Shown here: piece after piece, positions 11,792 through 23,900 of the stretch
How the letters are laid out: each line of letters opens with the position of its first letter
Position numbering within the stretch: position 1 is the stretch's first letter
NCBI GenBank assembly: GCA_047967505.1
Contig: CM106538.1
DNA from: Dipteris shenzhenensis
Taxonomy: Eukaryota
Length of the DNA: 64,000 bases
Strand: one strand, 5' to 3'
Translations under genes and position numbers: made by a program
Notes under the pieces: generated by a model
Database searches by the model: none
What the model was told of the DNA's origin: nothing
What the model saw: only the letters and a program-made list of their open reading frames with translations

Positions 11792-12450
11792 GACTATATT
11801 ATTCAGCACCTCCATTCTTATTTTGCGACAATCAACGAAATAGATATAGTCTGGAAGAGAGCCTTTTTGAGTATACAAAATGATAAATTTCAATCTAACC
11901 TTGCTTCCTGAATTCGTCGCTTGCATCCACCAGTCCCAGCCTTCAAATTTGCAATGTTTTTAATCTTCCTGCTACGTTGTCTGTCTCCAAGCACGGTTCT
12001 CTTCTTTCTTGCTCTTGTCAATTCTTTTTTACTCTTTGAATGCTCCTCGATTTCATTCTGCAACTGCTGCTCCAATTTTGCACGAATGGCTATCTCCTCC
12101 ATCTTGGCCCCCTTTTCTTGTAGGTACATCATTTTATACGTTTCCGCAAATGCAGATTGCGCTGAAATATAACCAAGAAGTCCATTTTGTCCATCGCCGG
12201 CAAACCTCAGTAATGTGGTGGGATTGACAAATGGAGGTGTAGAGTTTTTTACTTGACATTTTGGATATATGCTTCCGTCGCACCATAAGTCAATATGTTG
12301 AAGCCCTTCTCTTCTCATATTTTCCCGCTGTTGAGCATTCAGCACCGTATCCTTTCGTCTTTTTTGTGCTGGAGCATATTGTTCTTCCAAGTCGATGTGA
12401 AGATGGTGTAATCGCTTCTTCTCAGATAGTGACTCACTAGTATCGGCCAT
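11792..12450 (-). pseudogene. Truncated ORF starting inside the right TIR end (coiled-coil/basic); possibly the N-terminus of the lost transposase
   Basis: 186-aa ORF (12450-11890). About 100 bp past its stop the sequence abuts a truncated repeat unit at 11791, which looks like a deletion junction. No catalytic motif seen. Confidence 0.45.
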
Positions 12451-12819
12451 TTTTTGTGCTCCTCAGGTTGCGAAGTTTGTTTTTCAATCTCATAGTCGTT
12501 TTGTAACATGAATCGTGGAAGTGTGGCGGTATCCATGTGAATATTTTGAAAACTTGCAATCACTAAGTTCAGTGATGGACTCTTAATGAAAGACCTGCAC
12601 ACGTCGGCCAAAGAGATGCGGAATCTTTGGTAAACAAAAAAAAATCTAAGAGGATATTTAATACAAAATCGTGTTAGTCAGACAAAATATTATCTTATTC
12701 CTTTTTGAATTGACAGTTCTGTAGTCCTTACTGACAAATCTGAGCCACGTTTCCGTATTTTACTATTTTTGAGGTCTTTTAGGAGAGAAATAAATCAAAA
12801 AATAGTGAATTTCTTACAG

Positions 12820-12851
12820 GGCCCCAAAATGAGTTCCCTTTTTCCCTAATG
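12820..12851 (-). repeat. Right TIR
   Basis: GGCCCCAAAATGAGTTCCCTTTTTCCCTAATG, reverse complement of the left TIR. Confidence 0.92.
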
Positions 12852-13212
12852 TTAGTCCATACCTAGCTACTAGGTCATGTGCACTCATACGCTTTCTCTT
12901 AGACACATAGATGATTGCATGAATAATTATACCACACACTTTCATTTCACACTCTCAAAGCATGTATAAAAATAAGATTTCTCACACACACACAAAAAGG
13001 TCATACCAACATGCCAACACCACATGCACATGGATGCAGGTTTAGAGATGCCATCACTAAAGAGGATGCACAAAAAGAGCCCACTGCCTCAACCATGAGA
13101 CCCCCTCTAGAGTTCACATCAATCTACATCCTCTCAACCATGGCGACCATAGCCATTCATGGTCCAACGCGATAGCTCCGAAGAGGATTTAGTGGATGAC
13201 CAAGAAGAACAA

Positions 13213-14726
13213 ATGCCACCCTAGTCACCAACGGCCTACACAGCCATTGACGGGGCCTAGTCATTGGAACTTGTTTGGCCACCCACATCGACTTATGCTC
13301 TTTCCTAGGAAGCAACATCTTACTTAGAGCAAAGGGGTCTAGCCAGTTTGCATGAGAGCCTAAAATCCTTGGAGGACAGTTCTACAATGACCACATACAT
13401 CAAGGACTTTTTCCATTCTTACCACTCCAACAATGCAAAGGTTGGCAATACGGTACAATCACTGTACATCAGAGCCCACTAAATATTATCCTCGATAGTA
13501 CAGTCATTGAAAGGGATTTCTCACTGCCAACATAAGGTGCCAAATACCCTAATCGGCCTGCTGATGCAAAGTTTATCAAAGTACAGTGTCTCCTCACCAA
13601 GGGCACACTAATCCATAGAGACGGCATATTGCTTTGCACAATCCTTGACCATCGCCTCACGGAAGTAAGACAATTCCTATCCACAATCCTGGGGGTTAAG
13701 TGTGGCAAGAATCGATCCCTTCCACTCCGCACATTTGTTTTGTTGAGTAGGAAGCTAAAACAAGACTGGGTCCAGCACTTAGTCATCTTCTTTACAAAGA
13801 AACTAGATGGTTCTTTAGGCCAAAAATGTAAAATTCCACACTTATTGGCTATAATCATAAAAAAAGAACCACAAGAAAGAGAAATGACTCTGCCCCATGA
13901 CTCTAGCCCAGTCACCAAAACCAATGAGGAGTTGGACATACCTTTCTCACCAGTATGGGAGCCGTCACCAACTTCTCCTACTATAACATTGATAGGTGCA
14001 GTTGCCTTAGAAGAAATACCTATTCTGGAGGCTAGGATTGCAGAATTGCCTCAAGAGATGCTACAACTCGGTGCACAATTGCAACCAATATATCTCTAAC
14101 AACAGCAGCAACCAGAGCTCGAGGCAAGATTGGCACTAGAACCTGAGGAAAGATTGGCACCAAAGCCTGAGGCTACATTAGTACTAGAACCACCCATCGA
14201 CGCCATGCCAGTAGATGAGCCACAAGGGGAGCTAGTGCCAGATCAACAGTATGACTATTGTACACAAGGGACTAAAATACCATTGGAACAACCTCCCCCA
14301 AGTACTATAGAATCATCGGGCTGGCTACATGGGCACCATTTGTATCAGCAGTATCGCTAGACCTCATCACTGTCTGTCATTCTCCAACATCAAGCTAGCC
14401 AGATGATCCAAATGTTAGAACTATTCACTAGCTTGGCCAAGGAGGAATATGCAAGACAATTGGAAAGACAGACTGCAATAGAAATTGAAGACCAATTCCA
14501 AGCAATCGCCATAGAGGTCAAGGCAGTTTGGCACAGATAGATGAGAAGGAGGTAGAAGAAGTGCGCATGAACCAAGCTCTCCAAGCTCAAGAGAAGGCAG
14601 TGAGGGATGTGACCTCCAACCTCCACCAAAGTCAAACACGGCTGACAATAGTAGTACAAGCAATGGCAATCCTACATACCTACTATAACTCCTTGACATT
14701 TGCACATGCTCAACAGATGGAGGTAG
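13213..14726 (+). pseudogene. Gypsy copy 1 extra 3' ORF (5' part), decayed
   Basis: Homologous to 52470-53973 (LPLRTFVLLSRKLKQDWVQH). Confidence 0.85.
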
Positions 14727-14983
14727 TGACAAAATATGAAGAGGGGAGAGGAGAAGAGTGGAGATGAGGAGAAAGGGCACAGCTAGAGAGCACACCACAA
14801 ATGACTAACTGTACACTAGATTTAGTTGAAAAAATAGAATATATACAAACCCTTTTAGGGTTAGGGCTAGGGGATCTAACCCTTTCCTTCATAGCACTCT
14901 ATAAGGTTAGTGCTATGCACATATGATCACGTGATGGTGCTATGCACACATGATCACATGATGTTGAGCGTGAACTCTCAACA
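14727..14983 (-). repeat. Copia A 3' LTR
   Basis: TG..CA; near-identical to 25448-25696 and 29637-29893. Confidence 0.93.
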
Positions 14984-15587
14984 CCTTCCCTCAAGATCAA
15001 CATCATGAAGTAGGCCTTCCCTCAAGATGATGATTCTAGGGAATCGAAGAAGGACTGAGCATTACATTCCATCACACCCCTTTAATGGGAATTTCCTTCC
15101 TCTGTGTCAAACCAAGAGCTAATTGGTGTTTCTCAAAAAGCTCTTTACCGAGTGGTTTGGTAAAGATGTCTGCAACATTCTCTTTGCTACCATAATGCTG
15201 CAGTGTGATGTCACCAAGTAACACTCTTTCTCTGATGAAGTGCTCTCTAACATCAATGTGCTTTTTGTCCTGGAGTGATATACTGGATTTTTGGCCACCA
15301 ATGCTTGAGCTGATTGATTATCACAGTATATTGTTGTTGGCTTTGACTCATCAAAGTAATCTATTTCTGACAATAGTGTTCTGAGCCATATAGCCTCACA
15401 TGCACCTGTAGTGAGTGCCCTATATTTTGCTTCAGTCGAAGACAAAGAAACAGTTGGTTGTTTGTTTGACAACCATGATATAGCACCTTGACCAAGGAAA
15501 AATGCATATCCCTGTGTCGATCTCATGATCTTATGATCTCTAGCATAGTCACTATCATAGTATCCATGCAATCCTGGATGACTCCCT

Positions 15588-15885
15588 TGTTGAGATATCA
15601 AGCTCTACCCCCGATATATCTCCTGGATGACTATCATTTATGTCACCGCCTATGTTAGTTGTACTCGTGGTGTAGTTAGACTACCACGTATGTTTTTGGT
15701 TTGGGTTCACATATGAACCACGGATTCTAGGGTTTGACATATAGGGTATTTCCCTCTTCTATTGTATTGTTGTTGTGTGCAAAAGTGAAGAATGGCTTCA
15801 CCCTCCAACCTTGTGTCCTCTCTCTTTTGTGTGTTGTGAAGAAAGCTGAACTTGAGTCTCCTATCTCTCTCCCTTATTCTTTACA
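15588..15885 (+). repeat. Copia B 5' LTR
   Basis: TG..CA, direct repeat of 20686-20983. Confidence 0.97.
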
Positions 15886-16372
15886 TGGTATTAGAGCCTT
15901 GTTCGTGGTAAGGAGCTCAAGAAAGCAAGCCAAGTTTGTGGTGTCCTGGTAAGAGGACCAGTGTTGCTTTCCTATTTCGTGTTTGGGAGCAAATCTCTGC
16001 AGGTAGCACAGCCAGAAGTGCAGGAGTGCACTGTTTCTGATTTGAGGCCGTTTCGGGCCCCGTTTTGAAGGCGGAAGTTCTTCGCAGGCACTCAGAAAAA
16101 GGCCCTGTTTTTCGCTGTGCGCGGCTAGTCGGTGAAAAGGTGCCACAAAAATTGCATTGTATGCCTGCGTGCAGAGATATTGGGAGTTGCAGATTCATGC
16201 TTGTTGCCTGTTGATGCAAAATCGTCACTAGGAAGTGACTGTGTGGTGAAATACCACTTTCGTCAGTGTTGCAGATCTGCCCCTGTGAGGCTTTTTGCAG
16301 AAGTTTTGCTATTTGCCCTTGTGAGGCATTTGCTGTGTTTACAGGTTGCTGTTGCAATTCGTGATTTGTAAA

Positions 16373-19300
16373 ATGTCTGAGAATCTGTCTACCATTGTCA
16401 GTGAGAAGCTTGACAAGAACAACTTCCAAGCATGGAAGTTCAGGATGACAAACTTCCTTATGGGAAAGGGAGTTTGGGAGTACATCAGTGGTGAAACTGC
16501 AGAACCAGTTTTGGGTGCTGCTCCCACTCCTGCTGAATTGAAGGCCTTTAAAGAATGGCATGAAAAAGCCAGAAAATGCCTGTATTGGCTGTCTATTAGC
16601 ATTTCAGATTCTATGATTGTGCATATACAGGATGTAGAGACGCCTAAGGAGGCATGGGATACATTGGTGAAGCTGTATAGCACAAATACCAAAGCACGAA
16701 AGATGCAGCTAAAGCAGGAGTTGCACAATGTGCAAAGGAAAAATCTGAATATAAATGAGTATTCCTTGAAAGTGAAAGGCCTTGCAGATTCTCTTGCCTC
16801 CATTGGAGCACCTGTTGATGATGAGGACTTAGTGTCCGTGACCTTGAATGGTCTTGGGAAAGATTATGCACAGTTTCGGACATCCATTGGAGTCCGTGAA
16901 ACATTTCTTGATTTTCAGGAACTTATTGCTCTCTTGCTGAGTGAAGAGCAAAGGAATGGTGGTTCAGCCACCTCAACTTCTCAAGAGACTACTTTCTACT
17001 CGAATACAGGTAGAGGCAGAGGTAGAGGAAGAGGCCGTTTTGGTGGCCGTGCAGGAAATCAGAACCAACAGCAACAACAGGAAAACCAGTCCTATGGAGG
17101 AGGACGTGGTAGTTCTAGAGGCAGGGGGAGCCAAAGAGGCCGTGGTTCATGGCAAAGGAACCAGCAAGTAAATAGTAGCACAGAATGCTATTATTGTGGA
17201 AAGCCTGGACACAAGAAGAATACATGCTATAAAAAGCAGAATGACATCAAAAGTGGGAAGTTGCAGCAAAGCAACTATGCATCATCAAGTGGGCATGGTG
17301 ACGACAGAAATGAGCACCTTTTTGTGATGCAGCATATGGTTAACTCCATGTCAGGAGATGCTGCAGCTTGCAATGATGTTTGGTATGTTGATTCAGGTGC
17401 CTCTAACCACATGACCAGTCATGGTGAGTGGTTTCATGATGTTAGAAATTTGGATAAGCCAGGTTATGTTGAAACAGGTTATGATACTGTGTACCCAATT
17501 ACGCAGGTTGGTAAAGTGCCATTGGCTATGCAGGATGGCAAAACGAAGTACTTGCCAGATGTACTTCATGTTCCAAAAATCACTAAGAACCTGGTTTCAG
17601 TTGGCCAGATGGTTGAGCAAGGTCTGCAGGTTAGATTTAATCCTGATGGATGCTTTGTTGAGGACTTGAAAAATAAGTGCCGCTTGGTTGCGAAAGGCAA
17701 CAAAAATGGCAGAATGTTCACCTTGGATGTTGATATGCCTGAGGTGAAAGCTGCTATGTTTGCGCATGGGAGAGGTGTCATTGCAGATATTGAGATATGG
17801 CACAAGCGCATTGGGCACGTGAATATACAAAGGCTGAAATCTATGCAAACGAAAAACATTGTTGCAGGTTTGCCTAAATTCAGAGTTGAGGGAATGCAAA
17901 AGGTATGTGAAGCATGCCAAATGGGTAAGCAGGCCAGACATGCATTTCCCAAAAATGCTAAGGTGAGCAGAAGACCTTTGGAAGTGATCCATTTAGATGT
18001 TTGGACAACCAAAGCTGCTTCGATTTGTGGATGCCATTATTATGTGACGTTTATTGATGACTACACTAGGAAGGTGTGGATTTATTTTATGAAGCACAAA
18101 AGTGAAGTGTTCAGCCATTTCAAGGCTTTTAAGGCCATGGTTGAAAAAGAGAAAGGTGTGCATATTAAAGTGCTAAGATCTGATGGAGGGGGAGAGTACT
18201 TTTCAGAAGAATTTTGTGAATATCTGAAAGAACAGGGAATTCAAAGGAAGTACTCATGCAGGTCTACCCCTCAGCAGAATGGGGTTGCAGAAAGGAAGAA
18301 CAGGCATATTACAGAAGTAGGACGGGTGATCCTAAATGAGAAAAACATGCCTGATTATTTTTGGGCTGAAGCAGTAGCAACTGCTGTTTATATTATGAAC
18401 AGAACTCCCACTGCAGCTGTCCATGGCATGACGCCTGAAGAAATGTATACAGGCCAAAAACCAGATATTTCTCACTTGAAGGTATTTGGTTGCATAGCTT
18501 ATGTTCATGTTCCTGATGAGAAGAGAACAAAGCTGGATCCAAAGGCAGAAAAATGCATCTTTATTGGATATGCTCTGCACCAGAAAGGGTATCGCTATTA
18601 TAACCCTTCCACCCGCAAAATGCAAGTGAGCAGAGATGTTGTTTTTGATGAAATGAGCAGCTGGTATGCACCAACTGTTATGGTAGGAGATGCAGATGCA
18701 GGAAATGGGAATGCTGCAATAAATGCAGAGCAACAATCTCAAGCCTTGAGTGGACCCAGAGAGTCCTCTACTAGTGGATCTAATGCATGGACAGGGACAT
18801 TGAGATATAGTGAATCGTCACATGGCAGCCCTGATAGTGTTGTGCAGGTATCACATAAGGGAAAAGAAAAAGTAGACCATGCTCCAGTGTTTGATGTGTT
18901 TTCTGGTAGCTCTCATGTTGATGGAAAGTCAAGCGGCTCTGAAATGAGCCTTGATGAGGAACTTGGGATTCCTTCTGTTGTTACACCTGGTGCAAGGAAA
19001 AGCAGGCATGATTTAAAGACTCCTACAACTGATCCAGTTGTACGGAGGTCCACTCGTATTAAGTATCCAGTTGACAGGCTGAGATATGATGGGTATACAG
19101 CACATCACTATGCTTATATGGTCAAGGTTCTAGAGGAGCCAGAGCCCACATGTTTTGAGGATGCAGCAGGGCATAAAAATTGGGAAGCAGCTATGGATGA
19201 AGAGATGGCTGCCTTGGATGCAAACCACACTTGGGATTTGATGCCTTTGCCTCATGATAAGAAGGCTATTGGCTGCAAGTGGGTTTACAAAGTAAAGCAC

Positions 19301-20728
19301 AATGCTGATGGGTCAGTTAGCAGGTACAAGGCAAGATTGGTTGCCAAAGGTTTTGCACAGACATATGGAATTGACTATGAGGAAACTTTCAGCCCAGTTG
19401 CAAGGATGGCAACCGTGAGAGCAGTAATTGCTATGGCTGCTGCAAAGGGATGGTCTTTGCATCAGATGGATGTGAAAAATGCCTTCTTGCATGGTGATTT
19501 GCAGGAAGAGGTTTATATGATGCAGCCAGAAGGTTATGAGGATAATTCACACCCCGATTTTGTATGTAGGTTGCGCAAAGCCTTGTATGGCTTAAAACAG
19601 GCGCCGAGGGCATGGTCAGACAAGATAGGGCAATATCTTGTCACTATTGGATTTCAGATTTCCAATTCAGATTTTTCACTTTATGTGAAAAGGACAAACA
19701 GAGGGATTGTGCTTATAGTCATCTATGTTGATGACTTGATTATTACAGGTGATAGTGATGCAGACATTAATGAAGTGAAGCTACTGTTGAAGCATAAATT
19801 TGAGATGAAGGATTTGGGAGAGCTGCGTTACTTCTTGGGCATTGAGGTTATTAGATCCCCGAGTGGGATATGGCTGTTGCAAAGGCAATACGGTTTGGAC
19901 ATGCTGTCCAAATATGGGATGACAGGCTGTAAGCCTATTTCTGTTCCATTGGAGCAGAATGTGAAGCTCAATGCAGAGACAGGTGAGCTTCTTGAAGATA
20001 TTACTATGTACAGGCGCATAGTAGGTAGCTTGATTTACATGACTATAACCAGACCAGATTTGAGCTATGCTGTGGGGCTGGTAAGTCAGTTTATGCAGGC
20101 ACCGAGGAAGCCACATTTGGATGCGGCTAGGCACATACTGCGGTATGTGAAGTCCACATTGCATTATGGACTATTTTATGAAGCTGGGTGTGCATTACAG
20201 GTACATGGATACACAGATGCTGATTGGGTTGGTAGTGTCTCAGACAGGAGATCTACTAGTGGTTTTATGTTTTCCCTTGGGAGTGGTGCCATCAGTTGGA
20301 GTAGCAAGAAGCAGCCAACAGTTGCCTTGTCGAGCACAGAGGCTGAGTACAGGGGTGCAGCAATGGCTGCATGTGAGGTAGCTTGGTTACGGAAGCTACT
20401 TGCAGATATGGGACAGTCAATTCATGCAGCAGTTGTCATTCATTGTGACAACATTAGCAGCATCATGCTTGCTAATAACCCAGTTTATCATGCTAGAACG
20501 AAGCACATTGAGGTGCATTATCACTTTGTGAGAGAGAAGGTTCTAGCTGGTGAGATTAATCTTGTCTATGTCAGCACTGAGGAGCAGGTGGCTGATATTT
20601 TTACGAAGGCATTGGGTACCGAGAAGCTTCGCAGATTTAGGAGCTTGCTTGGTGTACGTGAGATGGATTTGAGCTTGAGGGGGAGTGTTGAGATATCAAG
20701 CTCTACCCCCGATATATCTCCTGGATGA
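16373..20728 (+). CDS. Copia gag-pol polyprotein (gag, CCHC, protease, integrase, RT, RNase H), uninterrupted, 1451 aa
   Basis: Single ORF from ATG 16373 with CYYCGKPGHKKNTC, VDSGASNHM, FIDDY/RSDGGGEY/NGVAERKN, YVDDL, DADW, HCDN. Confidence 0.97.
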   Translation: MSENLSTIVSEKLDKNNFQAWKFRMTNFLMGKGVWEYISGETAEPVLGAAPTPAELKAFKEWHEKARKCLYWLSISISDSMIVHIQDVETPKEAWDTLVKLYSTNTKARKMQLKQELHNVQRKNLNINEYSLKVKGLADSLASIGAPVDDEDLVSVTLNGLGKDYAQFRTSIGVRETFLDFQELIALLLSEEQRNGGSATSTSQETTFYSNTGRGRGRGRGRFGGRAGNQNQQQQQENQSYGGGRGSSRGRGSQRGRGSWQRNQQVNSSTECYYCGKPGHKKNTCYKKQNDIKSGKLQQSNYASSSGHGDDRNEHLFVMQHMVNSMSGDAAACNDVWYVDSGASNHMTSHGEWFHDVRNLDKPGYVETGYDTVYPITQVGKVPLAMQDGKTKYLPDVLHVPKITKNLVSVGQMVEQGLQVRFNPDGCFVEDLKNKCRLVAKGNKNGRMFTLDVDMPEVKAAMFAHGRGVIADIEIWHKRIGHVNIQRLKSMQTKNIVAGLPKFRVEGMQKVCEACQMGKQARHAFPKNAKVSRRPLEVIHLDVWTTKAASICGCHYYVTFIDDYTRKVWIYFMKHKSEVFSHFKAFKAMVEKEKGVHIKVLRSDGGGEYFSEEFCEYLKEQGIQRKYSCRSTPQQNGVAERKNRHITEVGRVILNEKNMPDYFWAEAVATAVYIMNRTPTAAVHGMTPEEMYTGQKPDISHLKVFGCIAYVHVPDEKRTKLDPKAEKCIFIGYALHQKGYRYYNPSTRKMQVSRDVVFDEMSSWYAPTVMVGDADAGNGNAAINAEQQSQALSGPRESSTSGSNAWTGTLRYSESSHGSPDSVVQVSHKGKEKVDHAPVFDVFSGSSHVDGKSSGSEMSLDEELGIPSVVTPGARKSRHDLKTPTTDPVVRRSTRIKYPVDRLRYDGYTAHHYAYMVKVLEEPEPTCFEDAAGHKNWEAAMDEEMAALDANHTWDLMPLPHDKKAIGCKWVYKVKHNADGSVSRYKARLVAKGFAQTYGIDYEETFSPVARMATVRAVIAMAAAKGWSLHQMDVKNAFLHGDLQEEVYMMQPEGYEDNSHPDFVCRLRKALYGLKQAPRAWSDKIGQYLVTIGFQISNSDFSLYVKRTNRGIVLIVIYVDDLIITGDSDADINEVKLLLKHKFEMKDLGELRYFLGIEVIRSPSGIWLLQRQYGLDMLSKYGMTGCKPISVPLEQNVKLNAETGELLEDITMYRRIVGSLIYMTITRPDLSYAVGLVSQFMQAPRKPHLDAARHILRYVKSTLHYGLFYEAGCALQVHGYTDADWVGSVSDRRSTSGFMFSLGSGAISWSSKKQPTVALSSTEAEYRGAAMAACEVAWLRKLLADMGQSIHAAVVIHCDNISSIMLANNPVYHARTKHIEVHYHFVREKVLAGEINLVYVSTEEQVADIFTKALGTEKLRRFRSLLGVREMDLSLRGSVEISSSTPDISPG

Positions 20729-20983
20729 CTATCATTTATGTCACCGCCTATGTTAGTTGTACTCGTGGTGTAGTTAGACTACCACGTATGTTTTTGGTTT
20801 GGGTTCACATATGAACCACGTATTCTAGGGTTTGACATATAGGGTATTTCCCTCTTCTACTGTATTGTTGTTGTGTGCAAAAGTGAAGAATGGCTTCACC
20901 CTCCAACCTTGTGTCCTCTCTCTTTTGTGTGTTGTGAAGAAAGCTGAACTTGAGTCTCCTATCTCTCTCCCTTATTCTTTACA
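20686..20983 (+). repeat. Copia B 3' LTR
   Basis: Direct repeat followed by TSD TCCCT. Confidence 0.97.
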
Positions 20984-23900
20984 TCCCTCTATATTCTATC
21001 CCAAACTATCTTGTACCTATGCTAGTGAGCTTACTGCATAACAAATATCTGGTCGTGTGATTGTTAGATATATAAGAGATCCAATCAGCTGCCTGTAGTA
21101 TTTGTCATTGATAGTAGGCTTTTCTGAATCTTTAGTAAGTTTCAAACTCTGTTCCATGGGAGTGGCTGCAATCTTGCAATCTGCCATATGAAACTTCTTT
21201 AGGAGACTGTCAACATACTTGAGCTGACTCATGAATGTGCTATTTGAATCTCTCCAGAACTCAATTCCAAGACAATAGTGCATAAGTCCAAGATCTTTCA
21301 TGTCGAACTCTGCAGATAAGTCTTGTTTTAGTTTTTTGATGAAGCTATCCTTGCTTCTTGTCACAATCAGATCATCTATGTACAAAGTGCAATAGTAATG
21401 TCTTCCCCTTGAACTTTGTAGTAGAGAGTATGATCTGCATTGGACTTCATGTATCCCAAATCAGTAAAATACTTGTCGATTCTATTGTACCAACTTTTGG
21501 GTGCTTATTTTAAGCTATAGAGACTTTTCTTGAGATGGCAAACCTTATTCTCCTTTCTTGGTTCAACATAACCTACTGGTTGTTGCATGTAGAATTCCTC
21601 AACTAGGTAACCATTGAGAAATGCATTCTTGACATCAAGCTGAGACACATTCCATTTGTTGATTGCTGCTAGTGATATCAAGAACCGTATGGAATCCATC
21701 TTTGCTACTGGAGCATAAGTCTCATCATAATCTTGACCATATTGTTGTGCAAATCCTTTTGCAACTAGTCTGGCATTGTATCTCTGAATACTGCCATCTG
21801 GATTGTACTTCACTTTGTATACCCATTTGTTTGCTATGGCCTTCTTTCCTGGTGGAAGGTCGCATAATTCCCAAGTATTATTCTTAGACAAAGCATCCAT
21901 TTCTTCATTCATAGCAGTTTGCCATTCTGGCTTGTCTACTGCATCTTCAAAGTACACTGGCTCTTCTGTAGCCATGGTGGTAGTCATAAGAGCATAGTTG
22001 GTGGTTTCCACCTAAATTGCTTTTCCTTTCTAAGCATATGTCAATTTGGCTGGAGGTCTCCTTTCCCTAGTAGACCGTCTGAGCTGCTGTGGCTCTACTT
22101 GGGGTGTTGATGGCAATTCTTACTCTTCTTCATCAACCTATTCTGTAGATGACTATGAAGTCGATGCTTCTATCTCCTATGTAGGTGAGGTTTTCCATTC
22201 TGATTCTTATCCAAAATTACATCTCTGGAGATAATGACTTTGCGGTTGATGGGATCATACAATTTGTATGCTTTGCTTTCTTCTTTGTAGCCAACCATGA
22301 TGCATTTGCATGACTTTGCATCCAATCTCCTGCAATGATCATCATGTATGTGGGCATATGCTATGCAACCAAATATGCGGAGATGGCCAATGTGTGGCTT
22401 GTGTCCAGTGAATAATTCATAAGGAGTCATACCCTATATCGGTTCGGTAGGAAGCCGATTAAGCAAGTAGTTTGCAGTGGCTATTGCTTCTTCCCAATAC
22501 TAATTTGGAAGATGCTTTTCACTAAGCATTGCTCTAGCACTGTCCGCTAAAGTCCCATTCTTCCTTTTAGCTCTTGCATTCTACTGAGGAGTATCTACAC
22601 ATGTGGATTGTCTTCGAATGCCATGATTTTTGCAAAAGTTCATGAATGCTGAAGACATGTATTCACCTCCTCTGTCTAATCTCATGACCTTGATCTTTCT
22701 GCCTGTCTGGTTATCTACCATGGCTTTGAATTCTTGAAATCTGGAAAACACTTCAGATTTCTCTTTTAGAAAGTAGACCCAACAATATCTGCTGTAGTCG
22801 TCGATGAAGATCAAGTAGTAAAGTGAACCATTGATGCTGCGGGTGGGCATAACCCCATACATCTGTATGTATCAAATCAAGAATACCTCATGCATGAGAG
22901 GTACTTTTGACAAAGTTGGTTCACTTTTATTTGCCGAAGCAGCATGCTTCACAAACCTTTCTAAGAAACTATAGCTTCGGAATCTGAATTGCCATATTGT
23001 GATTCCTGAGATTAATAAGTACTTGAAGTTGTCATGATCATATCTCTTGTGCCATTTTGTAGATAGTGGCATTTGTTGTGGTTGAGCTGACATGGCATGC
23101 TTATCTGGTACTATAGCTAGCATTGTGTATAAGCATCCTTCTTTGACACCTTTTGCTACTAGCTGACATCTTTTGGATTTATCTCTGATAGTGCATTCAT
23201 AACTGTCGAAGATGACTTTGTAATTATGTTCCATCATTTGACCTACTGACAAAAGGTTCTTGTGAGCTTTAGAACATAGAGCACATCTTTGACTAATCCT
23301 TTTGTACTAGTGAAATTGTTCATAGGGATAACACCTGTCCCTTGAACTGGATTCGGTGTATTGTCTGTTGTGTAGATGACATTTTTCTGTCCTTCTAATG
23401 GCTTCATTTTTGTGAACCATTCGTGATGATTTGTCATATGAGATGATGCACCACTATCGATGTACCGAGGATCCTGTTCCACTTGGTCGACTTGATAGCT
23501 AAAATCCTCTTTGGGATTGAAATCAGTGTGTCTAGGTACAGTGTATTAGTCTGATGCAATTCCTCGCTTGCAAGAAACATATTTCCATGTTCATTTGCAA
23601 AATGGCCGACTAGAATGTCCACCACGATGATTTCCTTTGCCTTGAGAATTCCCTTTTTTACTGCTGGATTGACCACCTTGGTCATATGCTTCTTGTAGCA
23701 ATCTCTTTCATAGTGTCCAAACTTGTGACAGTAGTTGCACTGACTGTTTAACACATTGATGGATGCATTCCCTCGTCCTTGAAATCTTTCTCGGTTGGAA
23801 TGATTTCCTCTTTGCTGATTCTGATGTTGCTGAGGATGATGTTGATGCTGATGCTGATTATGACTTTGATTTTGTTGCTGATGATGACCACTTTTCTTGT

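Larger units (their letters stand above)
5523..12851. mobile_element. TIR-bounded DNA transposon (7329 bp), no recognisable transposase, carrying chromatin-related genes
   Basis: 32-bp TIRs match at 30/32. Flanks GCATATAG|TTAGTCC rejoin to the empty site in Gypsy copy 2 (52070-52084). Confidence 0.9.
15588..20983 (+). mobile_element. Copia family B, intact and young
   Basis: 298-bp LTRs (15588-15885, 20686-20983) with 2 differences seen. Perfect TSD TCCCT. PBS TGGTATTAGAGC at 15886-15897. PPT GAGGGGGAG before the 3' LTR. Confidence 0.97.

Noticed and set aside
15917-16803. Antisense ORFs over the Copia B leader and gag
   Set aside because: No recognisable motifs; shadow frames of the real ORF and UTR.
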